Shown in pieces: positions 1-8,899 of a stretch of 42,617 bases of DNA. Origin of the DNA: Actinomycetota bacterium (GTDB lineage: Bacteria; Actinomycetota; UBA4738; JBJMLN01); assembly GCA_045805245.1 (NCBI GenBank), contig JBJMLP010000226.1:1-42617 (forward strand), given 5' to 3'. The notes under the pieces are model-generated. The model saw nothing but the letters and a program-made list of their open reading frames with translations. It was not told the DNA's origin and made no database searches. Position numbers and translations under genes: made by a program. Positions within the stretch are counted from its first letter, which is position 1. Every line of letters begins with the position of its first letter.

Positions 1-682
1 CCAGATCGCCCGCGTGATACGTGGCGCCCAGATCGCGAGCGAGCTCCGGTTTCGCGCCGTCCGTCACCACATCGAGCACGTGCATCTCGAAGCCGCGCTG
101 GACGCCCAGCATCGTTCCGAACAGCCCGAGCGGACCGGCGCCGGTGACGAGCGCCTTCTTCGGCTCCCAGCGTGAGCGGGAGCCGATCCGCTCCACGTGA
201 TCCCACGCCTTCGCGGCGACGCTGATCGGCTCGATCAGGACGGCGTGCTTGCCGAGCGAGGCGTCCACCTTGATCGCCGCGTCCGGTGGCACGCGGAACC
301 GGTCTCGCATGAAGCCGTCGAGACCCTTGATGCCGTGCTCCGTGTACCGGCCGTTCGTGCACATGTCCCACTCGTTCGCCGCGCACTGCGGACACGGGAC
401 GGGATCCGGCCGCCGGACGAACGCGACGAGGTGGTCGCCCGTCTCCCATCCGCTGCCGTCGGGAGCCTCCAGCACGCGTCCGAGCGACTCGTGGCCGAGG
501 ATCAGACGCTCTTTGCCCGGCGGCGCCTCTCCGTAGGCGCCCTCGACGATCTCGTTGTCGGTTCCGTCCACGCCGACCGCCAGCGTCTCCACGAGGACGG
601 ATCCCTCCTCGGCGCCGGGATCGGGGACCTCGAGGAGCTCCGCGCTCCCCTTCCGCTGTGGAACGACCGTGACCGCTCGCAT
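1..682 (-). CDS. Zn-dependent medium-chain dehydrogenase (glucose/alcohol dehydrogenase-like); C-terminus runs off the left edge
   Basis: My own minus-strand translation from ATG at 680-682 gives MRAVTVVPQRKGSAELLEVPDPGAEEGSVLVETLAVGVDGTDNEIVEGAYGEAPPGKERLILGHESLG, which includes the GHE zinc motif. It is absent from the ORF track because it is truncated by the window edge. The 197-925 plus-strand ORF is its shadow frame. Confidence 0.75.
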   Translation of the reverse strand, partial: MRAVTVVPQRKGSAELLEVPDPGAEEGSVLVETLAVGVDGTDNEIVEGAYGEAPPGKERLILGHESLGRVLEAPDGSGWETGDHLVAFVRRPDPVPCPQCAANEWDMCTNGRYTEHGIKGLDGFMRDRFRVPPDAAIKVDASLGKHAVLIEPISVAAKAWDHVERIGSRSRWEPKKALVTGAGPLGLFGTMLGVQRGFEMHVLDVVTDGAKPELARDLGATYHAGDL

Positions 683-921
683 GGCGCCTCCTGTTGGTTC
701 GGTGGTTTCCGCCTCGGTGTGGCCGGAGGTGGAGAGCGTTACAGCCCTGCCGGACCCGGCGCGGCCTCGAACGATACGCTTCCCACCGACGCGCATGGCC
801 CGTCCGAACCGCGTCGTTCGGCGCTCGGGGAGGCCGAAAGGCCCGTTGACCTGCCGATAAACAGCCGCCATCCTGCGGGCGTACAGTTCGTGACCTCGGA
901 CACGCCGAGCGAAAGGGGCCG

Positions 922-2946
922 ATGACCCGGGCGTCAGACGAGCTCAAGCGGCTCCGGAGCCTCATCTCCGACCTGGACGCCATCGTCTGGGAGGCCGAGC
1001 CCGAGACCCTCCGCTACACCTTCGTGAGCGAGCGCGCCGAGGACATCCTCGGCTACCGCCCGAGGGACTGGATCTCGAATCCCGAGTTCTGGGGCGACCA
1101 CATCCATCCCGACGACCGCGCGGCGACGATCTCGTTCAGCCGCGCCGCGGTCGCGCGCGGAGACGACTACGACATGGAGTACCGCTTCGTCGGCTCCGAC
1201 GGCTCGATCATCTGGATCCGCGATCTCGTCCACGTCGTACCGGACGACCAAGGGCACCCCGCGTGGCTCCGCGGGCTCATGGTCGACGTGACCGGCCAGA
1301 AGATGACGGAGCTCCGTCTCCAGGAGGCCGAGGAGAAGTACCGCACGCTGGTGGAGCGACTGCCGGCGATCGTCTACACCGAGGCCGGCAACGCCGCGAT
1401 CAACGCCGTGTCCTACATCTCCCCGCAGGTTGAGCGGATCCTCGGCTACGCCGGGGAGGAGTGGCTCCGCAACCCGGAGCTCTGGCGAAGCGTCGTGCAT
1501 CCCGACGACCGGGCGCGGGTGGAGCTCCAGAACCAGCGCGCGTTGAAGGCGGGCACATCGTTCGTCTCGGAGTACCGCGCGTTGTCGCAGTCCGGAGAAA
1601 CGGTGTGGTTCCGGGACGAGGCGGTGCCGCTCCGCGATCCGAACGGGGAGATCCTTTCGTGGCAGGGCGTGATGCTCGACGTGACCGCGACGAAGCGTGC
1701 GGAGCAGCAACTCGCCCGCGCGGAGCGCCGGTACAAGACCCTGGTCGAGCAATCGCCCGTCGTGACCTACATCGACGCGTTCACGAACGGCGAGGGCGCC
1801 GGTTCCGTCGCGTCCGCAGCCGAGGAGTCGACGATCTACATCTCGCCACAGGTGGAGGAGCTCCTCGGCTACACGGCGAAGGAGTGGACGAGCGATGAGA
1901 GCCTGTGGGAGCGCATCCTGCATCCGGACGACCGCGAGTGGGTGCTCGCTCAGTCACGGAGGCACGGCCGGAGCGGGAAGCCGTACGGCCTGGAGTATCG
2001 CCTCCAGAACAAGGACGGGAGCGTCGTCTGGGTCCACGATTGGGCCATCGTCATCCGGGACGACGACGGGAACCCGAAGTACTGGCAGGGGGTGATGGTC
2101 GACATCACCGGCGAGAAGCGTTCGGAGGAGTTGGAGGAAGCGCTCGCGCGTGAGCGCCTGTCGACCGATCAGCTGCGCGAGGCCGACGAGATGAAGAACA
2201 CCTTCCTTCAAGCCGTCTCGCACGACCTCCGCACACCGCTCGCCGCGATCCTCGGCATGGCGCTGACGCTCGAGCGCGACGACGTCCAACTCGAGCCCGA
2301 GGAAGCGAAGGAGATGGCCGGGAGGATCGCCGCCAACGCGCGGAAGCTCGACCGGCTCGTGAACGATCTCCTGGACCTCGACCGGCTCGGACGCGGCATC
2401 GTGGAGCTCGAGCTCCAGCCAGTCGACGTCGGAGCGCTGATCTGGCGGGAGGTCGCCGAGTCCGGCGTGATCGCAAAACGACGTGTGCATATCGACAGCC
2501 AGCCGATCACCGTGATGGTCGACGAGGCGATGGTGGAGCGCATCATCGAGAACCTCCTCGCGAACACGGTGCGGCACACGCCGGCGAACACCTCCGTGTG
2601 GGTCTCCGTCCGCGAGGCCGACGGCGGAGTCGTGATCGCGGTGGAGGACGACGGCCCCGGCGTTCCGGAGGAGCAGCGCGACGCGATCTTCCAGGCGTTC
2701 CGCCGGGGGCCCGAGGGAGCCGGCGCGGGCGTCGGCGTGGGGCTCGCGCTCGTCGCGAGGTTCGCGGAGCTCCACGGCGGCCGCGCCTGGGTGGAGGAGC
2801 GCGAAGGCGGCGGCGCGTCGTTCAAGGTCTTGCTCTCGAGCGGTCCGAACGCCGAGACCGAACCGCCGGGGGACGAAGAGGAACCCGACGGAAGCCCCGA
2901 GAGCAACGGCGACGGGTCCTCGCCCTCCGAGGAGCAGGGCTCCTAA
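922..2946 (+). CDS. Sensor histidine kinase with three tandem PAS domains, HisKA and HATPase_c
   Basis: Three repeats each end in W..(I/V/L)HPDDR: FWGDHIHPDDR, LWRSVVHPDDR, LWERILHPDDR. The H-box is FLQAVSHDLRTPL. N and G boxes are present (NLLANTVRHTP, EDDGPGVP, GVGVGLALV). Confidence 0.9.
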   Translation: MTRASDELKRLRSLISDLDAIVWEAEPETLRYTFVSERAEDILGYRPRDWISNPEFWGDHIHPDDRAATISFSRAAVARGDDYDMEYRFVGSDGSIIWIRDLVHVVPDDQGHPAWLRGLMVDVTGQKMTELRLQEAEEKYRTLVERLPAIVYTEAGNAAINAVSYISPQVERILGYAGEEWLRNPELWRSVVHPDDRARVELQNQRALKAGTSFVSEYRALSQSGETVWFRDEAVPLRDPNGEILSWQGVMLDVTATKRAEQQLARAERRYKTLVEQSPVVTYIDAFTNGEGAGSVASAAEESTIYISPQVEELLGYTAKEWTSDESLWERILHPDDREWVLAQSRRHGRSGKPYGLEYRLQNKDGSVVWVHDWAIVIRDDDGNPKYWQGVMVDITGEKRSEELEEALARERLSTDQLREADEMKNTFLQAVSHDLRTPLAAILGMALTLERDDVQLEPEEAKEMAGRIAANARKLDRLVNDLLDLDRLGRGIVELELQPVDVGALIWREVAESGVIAKRRVHIDSQPITVMVDEAMVERIIENLLANTVRHTPANTSVWVSVREADGGVVIAVEDDGPGVPEEQRDAIFQAFRRGPEGAGAGVGVGLALVARFAELHGGRAWVEEREGGGASFKVLLSSGPNAETEPPGDEEEPDGSPESNGDGSSPSEEQGS

Positions 2947-3863
2947 GTCATCTGCGCCAGAACGACGAGCGACTCCGCGTCGGCCCGGATCCTGGCGGAC
3001 GCCTGCAGGTGCTCCAACCATCCGGACGGAAGCCCCGACGCTCCGGCGGCGGCGCCGAGCAGCGCTCCGGCCACCGCCGCGTTCGTGTCGGTGTCTCCAC
3101 CGAGCCGGACGACGTGGAGGAGCTCCTCCTCGACGTCGAGCGATCGAGCGACGGCCTGGAGGCCGATCGCGGCGGTGTAGAGGCAGAACCCCTGATCGGG
3201 ACCGTCGACCGCGCGTTCGGATCCGACCGCGTCGACGAGGAACTCGAGCTCCTCTCCGCCCGGACGATCGAGGGTGACCTCCACGGACTTCCGCACTGCC
3301 GTTTCCGGGTCGTCGCCGCGGACGAGCGACGCCGCGGTGAGCGTGACCGCGACGACGGCGGTCCGGCAGCGTTCGTCGTAGTGCGTCAGCGCGGAGAGCC
3401 ACGGCGCGACACCGAGGAGCGTGATCGGGCGGTTCGCGTAGGCCACCCCGAGCGGTGCGCAGTACATCACGGAGCCGTTGCCGGCGGAAACCTCGGGCCC
3501 CCGCTCCTCCCAGACCGCCTGCGCGGCCGCCTCCGGGTCCTCCCCCGCCTGCACTCGGCGGAGGACGCGCCGCGTCAACGCTCCGACGTCCTGCGGATCG
3601 GAGTTCAGCCACTCCACGTGGCGAGCCAGGAGGTCGTGCGGGACGAGGGAGCCGTGATACGCGAGGCTCCGCACGAGATTGAGGGCCATCGCGGTGTCGT
3701 CGGTCGTCGTGCCCGGAGGCAGCCCCATCCACGGGCGTTCGAACGGAACGAGTGGGTCGGGGATGTCATCGCGCCGGGAGAACTCGAACGGGGCTCCCAG
3801 CGCGTCGCCGAGCGCGAGCCCGAGCACGGAGCCGACGACCCGGTCGGCGATGTCGGCAGCCAC
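2943..3863 (-). CDS. ADP-ribosylglycohydrolase family protein (DraG/ARH-like)
   Basis: Motifs LGLALGDALGAPFEF, TDDTAMAL and GGDTDTNAAVAGALLGAAAG. The start was moved to GTG at 3861-3863 (VAADIADRVVGSVLG), which gives the family-typical ~306 aa. The track's longer start (4112) and the M at 3995 would overlap divergent rpsD. Confidence 0.8.
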   Translation of the reverse strand: MAADIADRVVGSVLGLALGDALGAPFEFSRRDDIPDPLVPFERPWMGLPPGTTTDDTAMALNLVRSLAYHGSLVPHDLLARHVEWLNSDPQDVGALTRRVLRRVQAGEDPEAAAQAVWEERGPEVSAGNGSVMYCAPLGVAYANRPITLLGVAPWLSALTHYDERCRTAVVAVTLTAASLVRGDDPETAVRKSVEVTLDRPGGEELEFLVDAVGSERAVDGPDQGFCLYTAAIGLQAVARSLDVEEELLHVVRLGGDTDTNAAVAGALLGAAAGASGLPSGWLEHLQASARIRADAESLVVLAQMT

Positions 3864-3971
3864 GTCGAAGGAGCCTATCTGCCGGCGGTCGCTGCCTGCG
3901 CCAGGACCGGAAGGCTGCTCGCTTGGGCACGAGGTCACGTCCCCGCGGGCGCTGCTAGGCTTGCCGGACCG

Positions 3972-4583
3972 ATGGACAAGCTCGGACCCCGACATCGCAT
4001 GTGCCGCCGCGTGGGCGAAGCCCTCTGCGGCCGGCCCAACTGTCCCTCGCTCAAGCGGCCCTATCCGCCCGGCCAGCACGGCCGCGGCCGCAAGCGCCCG
4101 ACGGAGTTCCACATGCGTTTGGTCGAGAAGCAGAAGCTCCGCGCGATCTACAACGTCGGCGAACGGCAGATGCTCAACTACTTCACCCGCGCGAACTCCC
4201 GGAAGGGCGTCACGGGCGAGGAGCTCCTCCGCGAGCTGGAGTCGCGGCTCGACACGGTGGTCCTCCGGCTCGGCTTCGCGCTGACGATGCGCCAGGCCCG
4301 CCAGCTCGTCTCACACGGGCACGTCACAGTGAACGGAAAGCGCGTCGACGTTCCGAGCGCGAAGGTGAAGCCGGAGTCGACGATCGAGGTGGTTCCGAAG
4401 GCCCGCGCGTTCGTCGGCGTCCGCGAGGCGCTGGAGATCGCCCCCGAGCCGCCGGGCTACCTGTACCGGAACAAGGAGCAGTACCAGGGAACGCTGTCGC
4501 GTCTCCCGGAGCGCGACGAGGTTCCGCTGCCGGTCTCGGTAGAGGAGCGCCTCGTCGTCGAGTACTACTCCCCGCGTACCTAG
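3972..4583 (+). CDS. rpsD: 30S ribosomal protein S4
   Basis: This is the tail of the 2598-4583 ORF: MDKLGPRHRMCRRVGEAL...RPYPPGQHGRGRKRPTEFHMRLVEKQKLRAIYNVGERQ...LESRLDTVVLRLGFA.TMRQARQLVSHGHVTVNGKRVDVPS. It has the classic S4 N-terminus and S4 RNA-binding domain. ATG at 3972 is in frame. Confidence 0.93.
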   Translation: MDKLGPRHRMCRRVGEALCGRPNCPSLKRPYPPGQHGRGRKRPTEFHMRLVEKQKLRAIYNVGERQMLNYFTRANSRKGVTGEELLRELESRLDTVVLRLGFALTMRQARQLVSHGHVTVNGKRVDVPSAKVKPESTIEVVPKARAFVGVREALEIAPEPPGYLYRNKEQYQGTLSRLPERDEVPLPVSVEERLVVEYYSPRT

Positions 4584-5200
4584 GCGTCCGGGATGTCCGA
4601 AGGCTCCAGCGCGCTTCGTACGAACCGCACGACCTCTCGCTCACGCATCTTGAGCGCCGTGCGGCTCTTGTCCTCTCCGACGACCGCGCGGAGCACGCTC
4701 GCTTCGGTGAGCGACCCGATCACCGCCGTGTAGAGCGTGAACAGCAGCAGCGCCGGATCCTGGCGGCGGATCGTTCCTTCCTTCATTCCCGCCTCGAGGA
4801 ACGCCATCGCCCGGATCCGCAGCGGCTCCAGTGCGCCCGCGAATCGCTGGAACGCGTCCGGACCGATCCTTCCCGCCTCCCGGACGAACATCGGGAACTC
4901 CGGCCACTCTCCTGCGAGCTTGAACACCGCGTGGATGACGGCCTCCCCGCGACCCCACGTCGATTCCGTCTCCTCGATCGAGTCCGTGATGACCTCCGCC
5001 AGTCGGTCGCCGGCAGCCGCGAGGCACGCCTCCAGCAGCGCCTCCTTCGTCGGGAAGTAGTAGAGGAGCGTCTGCTTGCGGATGCCGACCGCCGACGCGA
5101 TCGCGTCGAGCGACGTCGCGTTGTAGCCGTCCCGGCCGAACGCCTGGATCGCCTCCTCGATCAGGAGGTGCTTGCGCTGCTCGCCACTCGGGCGCGTCAT
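4580..5200 (-). CDS. TetR/AcrR family transcriptional regulator (last gene of the lipid-type operon)
   Basis: Starts MTRPSGEQRKHLLIEEAIQAFGRDGYNATSLDAIASAVGIRKQTLLYYFPTKEALL, a typical TetR N-terminal HTH. Its ATG at 5198-5200 overlaps the upstream stop at 5197-5199 (ATGA). Confidence 0.9.
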   Translation of the reverse strand: MTRPSGEQRKHLLIEEAIQAFGRDGYNATSLDAIASAVGIRKQTLLYYFPTKEALLEACLAAAGDRLAEVITDSIEETESTWGRGEAVIHAVFKLAGEWPEFPMFVREAGRIGPDAFQRFAGALEPLRIRAMAFLEAGMKEGTIRRQDPALLLFTLYTAVIGSLTEASVLRAVVGEDKSRTALKMREREVVRFVRSALEPSDIPDA

Positions 5201-6102
5201 GTCCAGGCCGACGGCTTCGCGCGGCGCGGCGACTTCGATCCCTCCCAGACCCGGAGCCAGGAGGGGCCCTGCGGTCCCGACGACGCCGGCGTCTCGCCTT
5301 GTTCCGCGCGCCGGAGCGCCTCCCACCACGTCGTGCGGTCCTCGTCGAGGAGCGCCGCGATCGCCTGCGTCATCCTCCGGGAGAGGTCCTGATGCGACTC
5401 GCCCTCCTCCGGGTACAGCGGCCGTCCGTACCGCATCGAGATCGGCGGACGACCCGGCCGAGGCCAGCTCCGCCCCTTCGGCATCGCCGCGTACGCGCCT
5501 CTGATTCCGATCGGGACGACCGGGATCCCGAGCTCGATCGACAGTCGCGCCGCGCCGTGTCGGAACCGCTGCGTCCACCCGTCCGGAGACCGCCCCCCTT
5601 CCGGAAAGACGACCAGGCTCCAGCCGTCGCGAACGAGCTCCTTCGCGGTGTCGGTCGCGCCGCTGCCGCCGGCCCGGTCGATCGGAAAGGCGGCATACGC
5701 GAGGGCGGTGAACGCGCCGCGCCACCAGACGTCGAAGAAGTAGTCCTTCGCGGCGCCGACGGCGGTCTTCTCGCGGAACCGGTCCGGGAGCGTCGTCATG
5801 ATCAGCGAGGCGTCGAGGTGGCTCGTGTGGTTCGAGACGAACATCACGGGTCCGCGTACGCCCGCCAGCCGATCGCGCCCGTAGACGCGCGGCGCGGTCT
5901 CGTTCCAGACGACCGGCCGCAAGCCGTAGCGGAGGATCAGCTCTCTCGCCGCCCCCGCAGCCGGGGTTCGCGCCCAAGCGGTCGGGAAGATACCCGGCTC
6001 CTTCTCGGTCGCGTACGGCTCCGCGGAGCGTGGGACGAGCGGCCGGCGTCCCCACCGCCAGCCGCGGGCGATCTCGCTGAGCTCGTCCTTGACGCTCGCC
6101 AT
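5197..6102 (-). CDS. Lysophospholipid / 1-acyl-sn-glycerol-3-phosphate acyltransferase family protein (PlsC-type)
   Basis: HX4D motif NHTSHLD, motif III FPEGGRS, and VVPIGIRGA. Its ATG at 6100-6102 shares one nucleotide with the upstream stop at 6102-6104 (TGATG). Confidence 0.88.
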   Translation of the reverse strand: MASVKDELSEIARGWRWGRRPLVPRSAEPYATEKEPGIFPTAWARTPAAGAARELILRYGLRPVVWNETAPRVYGRDRLAGVRGPVMFVSNHTSHLDASLIMTTLPDRFREKTAVGAAKDYFFDVWWRGAFTALAYAAFPIDRAGGSGATDTAKELVRDGWSLVVFPEGGRSPDGWTQRFRHGAARLSIELGIPVVPIGIRGAYAAMPKGRSWPRPGRPPISMRYGRPLYPEEGESHQDLSRRMTQAIAALLDEDRTTWWEALRRAEQGETPASSGPQGPSWLRVWEGSKSPRRAKPSAWT

Positions 6103-7685
6103 CAGTGCACGTCCGCGATCGCGAGCGGCGGGTTGTGGAAGTACGTCATCGACGGACTCCGCCCGACCGTCTCGCCCGCCATCTCCAGCGCGTCGGAGAA
6201 CGACGTCGCGGAGCGGAACCCCATCCTCGCGGCCGCCTTACGGTTCCCGCCGACGAAGATCACGTCTCCCAGATAGTCGAGCGCGTGCGCACCCCAGTAC
6301 CACATGTAGAACGGATGCACGCCGTGGTACGCGTAGCTCGTCCGGTACAGGTGGATGTACCAGGGATCGGTCGCGTACTTCTCCTCGTATTTCGACTCGA
6401 TCGTGCTCGGATCCGTCGTCGCCGCCAGGACCTCCTCGTAGAAGTCGACGTAGGAGGGATGGTGGATCTGGTTGAACTCCGGCTCCAGCGGATGGAACAG
6501 GATCATCGCGCCGCCCGGGCGCACGAGCGGCTTGTTGCGGTACATGTTGAACAGATATCCGAGTCCGAGGCAGTGCGCGAGGATCGGATTCATGATCGAG
6601 TTCACGTTGTAGGGGCAGATGTACGGCAAGCCAACGACGAGGATGTCCGACTGGCCCTGCACCTCCACGAGTTGCTGCTTGTGGAGATTCGAGAGCGTGA
6701 TCTCGTGGACGGCCTCCGTCTCCCCCGCGGTGACGCCGGTGATCTTGTACGGCGCCTCGATGCGGCGGAACACCTCCCGCCGGATGCGGGAGGGCGCCAT
6801 GTCGTTCGCCTTCTTCGCCGCGTAGAACATCCCCTGGTCGGCGACCGACCACTCCCACTCGCGCTTGTTCAGGAATCCGAACTGCTTCGGGAACGTGTCG
6901 TTGTTGAGCGTCGTCTCGATCGTGAAGATGCGGACGTGGTCGGCGAGGAGCCTTCCCATCCGCGTCGCGGAGTCGTGGATCGCGGAATGTCCCTCCCGCG
7001 GATCCATGTACGACCGTGAGTGGAGCATCGTCTCCACGTTGTGGTGGTGCTTGAGAGACTTGTAGCTCGCGAGGCCGACGGGAACGGACTTGTGGCCGCC
7101 GTCCATCGCGACGAGGTTGATGTTCACGTAGACGATCAGGTCCGACTCCGCGGCGCGGCGGTTGATCTCCACGTCCTCGCCCTTGTCGGTCTTTCCGATA
7201 TGGAGGAGGTTGTCGCGGTCCTCCGCATCGTGATTCTTCAGATGCTTCGGATAGAAGGAGCGGAACACTCGCTCGCCGACCGCGCGGCGGATCTCCGCGG
7301 CTGTCATCCTGCGGTGCAGCGAGTTCGCGACGACCAGCTCAACGTCCTCGACGCCTGCCCGCGCCGCGAGCTCGATCACGTGCTCGATGATCCGTTGGCG
7401 GATGTCGGGCGCCACCATCGGTGGAAGCGGCAGCGAGATGTCGTCGAACGCGATCGTGAGCTTCATGCCGGGCTTCAGGAGCTCCGAAAGCGGTTCGGAG
7501 TTCTGCGGATGAAGCAGCGCCTTCCGGATCGCGGCGTCGACGTCTCCGATCCCGGGGAGTGGATCCGGCGGATACACCACCCGCGTCCCCATCGGGAATT
7601 TCTGCAGGCGGAAGCCCTCTCCTTCGTGGACGAGAAGCGGCGGCGTGCGCTCGTCCACGTCCAGCACGAATCCTGGTCTCGTCAT
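6102..7685 (-). CDS. LarA-like (lactate racemase N-terminal domain / DUF2088) protein, ~527 aa
   Basis: The real product starts MTRPGFVLDVDERTPPLLVHEGEGFRLQKFP...KLTIAFDDISLPLPPM...VANSLHRRMT...NINLVAMDGGHKSVPVGLASYKSLKHHHN. The family call rests on my recognition of the DUF2088/LarA N-terminal pattern. The upstream 356 aa of the 883-aa track ORF are Arg-rich shadow frame. ATG at 7683-7685 overlaps the upstream stop at 7682-7684. Confidence 0.7.
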   Translation of the reverse strand: MTRPGFVLDVDERTPPLLVHEGEGFRLQKFPMGTRVVYPPDPLPGIGDVDAAIRKALLHPQNSEPLSELLKPGMKLTIAFDDISLPLPPMVAPDIRQRIIEHVIELAARAGVEDVELVVANSLHRRMTAAEIRRAVGERVFRSFYPKHLKNHDAEDRDNLLHIGKTDKGEDVEINRRAAESDLIVYVNINLVAMDGGHKSVPVGLASYKSLKHHHNVETMLHSRSYMDPREGHSAIHDSATRMGRLLADHVRIFTIETTLNNDTFPKQFGFLNKREWEWSVADQGMFYAAKKANDMAPSRIRREVFRRIEAPYKITGVTAGETEAVHEITLSNLHKQQLVEVQGQSDILVVGLPYICPYNVNSIMNPILAHCLGLGYLFNMYRNKPLVRPGGAMILFHPLEPEFNQIHHPSYVDFYEEVLAATTDPSTIESKYEEKYATDPWYIHLYRTSYAYHGVHPFYMWYWGAHALDYLGDVIFVGGNRKAAARMGFRSATSFSDALEMAGETVGRSPSMTYFHNPPLAIADVH

Positions 7686-8899
7686 CGGTTGAGCTCCCCT
7701 CGGTTCTGCATCGGATCGAACGCGACCTTCACGGTTCCGAGCTTTCCAGCGCCGAACGCGTGGTCGATCGCGTCGCGCCAGCGATCCAACGGATACGTCG
7801 CGCCGACGAGGCGCTTGATGGGCGCGTCGGCGGTCAGTTCCAGGGCGATGTCGAAGCTGGACCGCGTCCTGCCGTTCAGCTGCTCCTCGCCGCTCGTGTA
7901 CGCGCCGACGAGCTCCAGCTCCCGGAACCACACCGGCGTCAGGTCTGCGCCGGATGGGATCCCGGTCAGGATCACCCGGCCACCCGCCTTCGTCGTCCGC
8001 AGCGCGAGGTCGAGGGAGCTCCTCGACCCGACGCACTCGAGCGCGACATCGACGCCCCCGAGGAGGAAGGGCGTTCCCCGCTCCGGCGTGAGCTTCACGG
8101 AGCGCGTCGCGCGCCGGAGCGATCCGATCGCGCGGTCGGGCGTCACGGTCTCGGAGGCGCCGAGCTCCATCGCGAGGTCGCGCTGATGCTCGTGCTTCGC
8201 CACGACCGTGATGCGTCCCGCGTCGGTGAGCTTCCGCAGTGCCAGCGTGACGAGCAGTCCGACGGTTCCGGCGCCGATGACGAGGACGTCGGCGTCGGGC
8301 TCGACACGGGCCGCCAGCGCGGCGTGAACGGCGCAGGCGAGCGGCTCGATCAGCACCGCGGGCTCGTCGTCGATCGCGTCGGGAACCTCGTGGAGCTGCG
8401 ATCGGTGCGCGACCAGCATCCGGCTCCAGCCGCCGCCGGTGTCCTTGCAGTAGCCGGTCTGCAGGCCCGCGGAGAGATGTCCCTCCGTCACGTGATCGCA
8501 GCGGCCGAGGTGGCCGGACGCGCACGCGGCGCACGGCGCGAGGCCGCGCGCGTAGCAGTTGAGCACCGGGTCGAGGACGACGCGCGTGCCGGCGGAGAGG
8601 CCGTCCGCGTCGTCGAGCAGCTCTCCGACGACCTCGTGGCCGGGAACGAACGGCAGCGACACGAGCGGAGAGAAGTAGAAGCTCGACTTGCCTGCGAGGA
8701 GGGCGAGATCCGAACCGCAGATGCCGGACAGGCGTGGACGGACGCGGACCCATCCGTCGGCCGGCGGCTCGGGATCACGCTTGTTCACCAACCGGATCGG
8801 CGCGAGCGGGCCGGAGAGCAATCCGGGGACCCGTTCTCCGACCGCCTTCGCGGCGAGGAAGCGCGGGGCGGAGCGGAAGAGCTCCAGCGCAAGGCTCAT
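7682..8899 (-). CDS. Zn-dependent alcohol dehydrogenase (MDR family), ~405 aa
   Basis: Starts MSLALELF. Contains GICGSDL, GHEVVGEL, a structural-Zn Cys cluster (CYARGLAPCAACASGHLGRC) and the Rossmann motif VIGAGTVGLL. ATG at 8897-8899 overlaps the upstream stop at 8896-8898 (ATGA). Confidence 0.88.
   Translation of the reverse strand: MSLALELFRSAPRFLAAKAVGERVPGLLSGPLAPIRLVNKRDPEPPADGWVRVRPRLSGICGSDLALLAGKSSFYFSPLVSLPFVPGHEVVGELLDDADGLSAGTRVVLDPVLNCYARGLAPCAACASGHLGRCDHVTEGHLSAGLQTGYCKDTGGGWSRMLVAHRSQLHEVPDAIDDEPAVLIEPLACAVHAALAARVEPDADVLVIGAGTVGLLVTLALRKLTDAGRITVVAKHEHQRDLAMELGASETVTPDRAIGSLRRATRSVKLTPERGTPFLLGGVDVALECVGSRSSLDLALRTTKAGGRVILTGIPSGADLTPVWFRELELVGAYTSGEEQLNGRTRSSFDIALELTADAPIKRLVGATYPLDRWRDAIDHAFGAGKLGTVKVAFDPMQNRGELNR

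Noticed and set aside
728-787. Inverted repeat GGTGGAGAGCGT ... ACGCTTCCCACC (12-bp arms with one mismatch and one wobble, ~36-nt loop) in the 239-bp region between the dehydrogenase and the PAS kinase.
   Set aside because: It could be a regulator site or leader structure. With an imperfect stem, a long unstructured loop and no recognisable riboswitch core, I cannot distinguish it from chance.
6102-8753. N-terminal extensions of several track ORFs. Examples: the 883-aa LarA-like form, the 481-aa ADH form to 9127, the 544-aa aspartokinase form to 20452, the 780-aa GDE form to 37110, the 491-aa TetR form to 6055, and the 886/568/784/504-aa plus-strand composites.
   Set aside because: The extra N-terminal parts are low-complexity Arg-rich sequence overlapping the upstream real gene. 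Internal ATG/GTG starts coincide with 1- or 4-nt stop/start overlaps and give family-typical N-termini.
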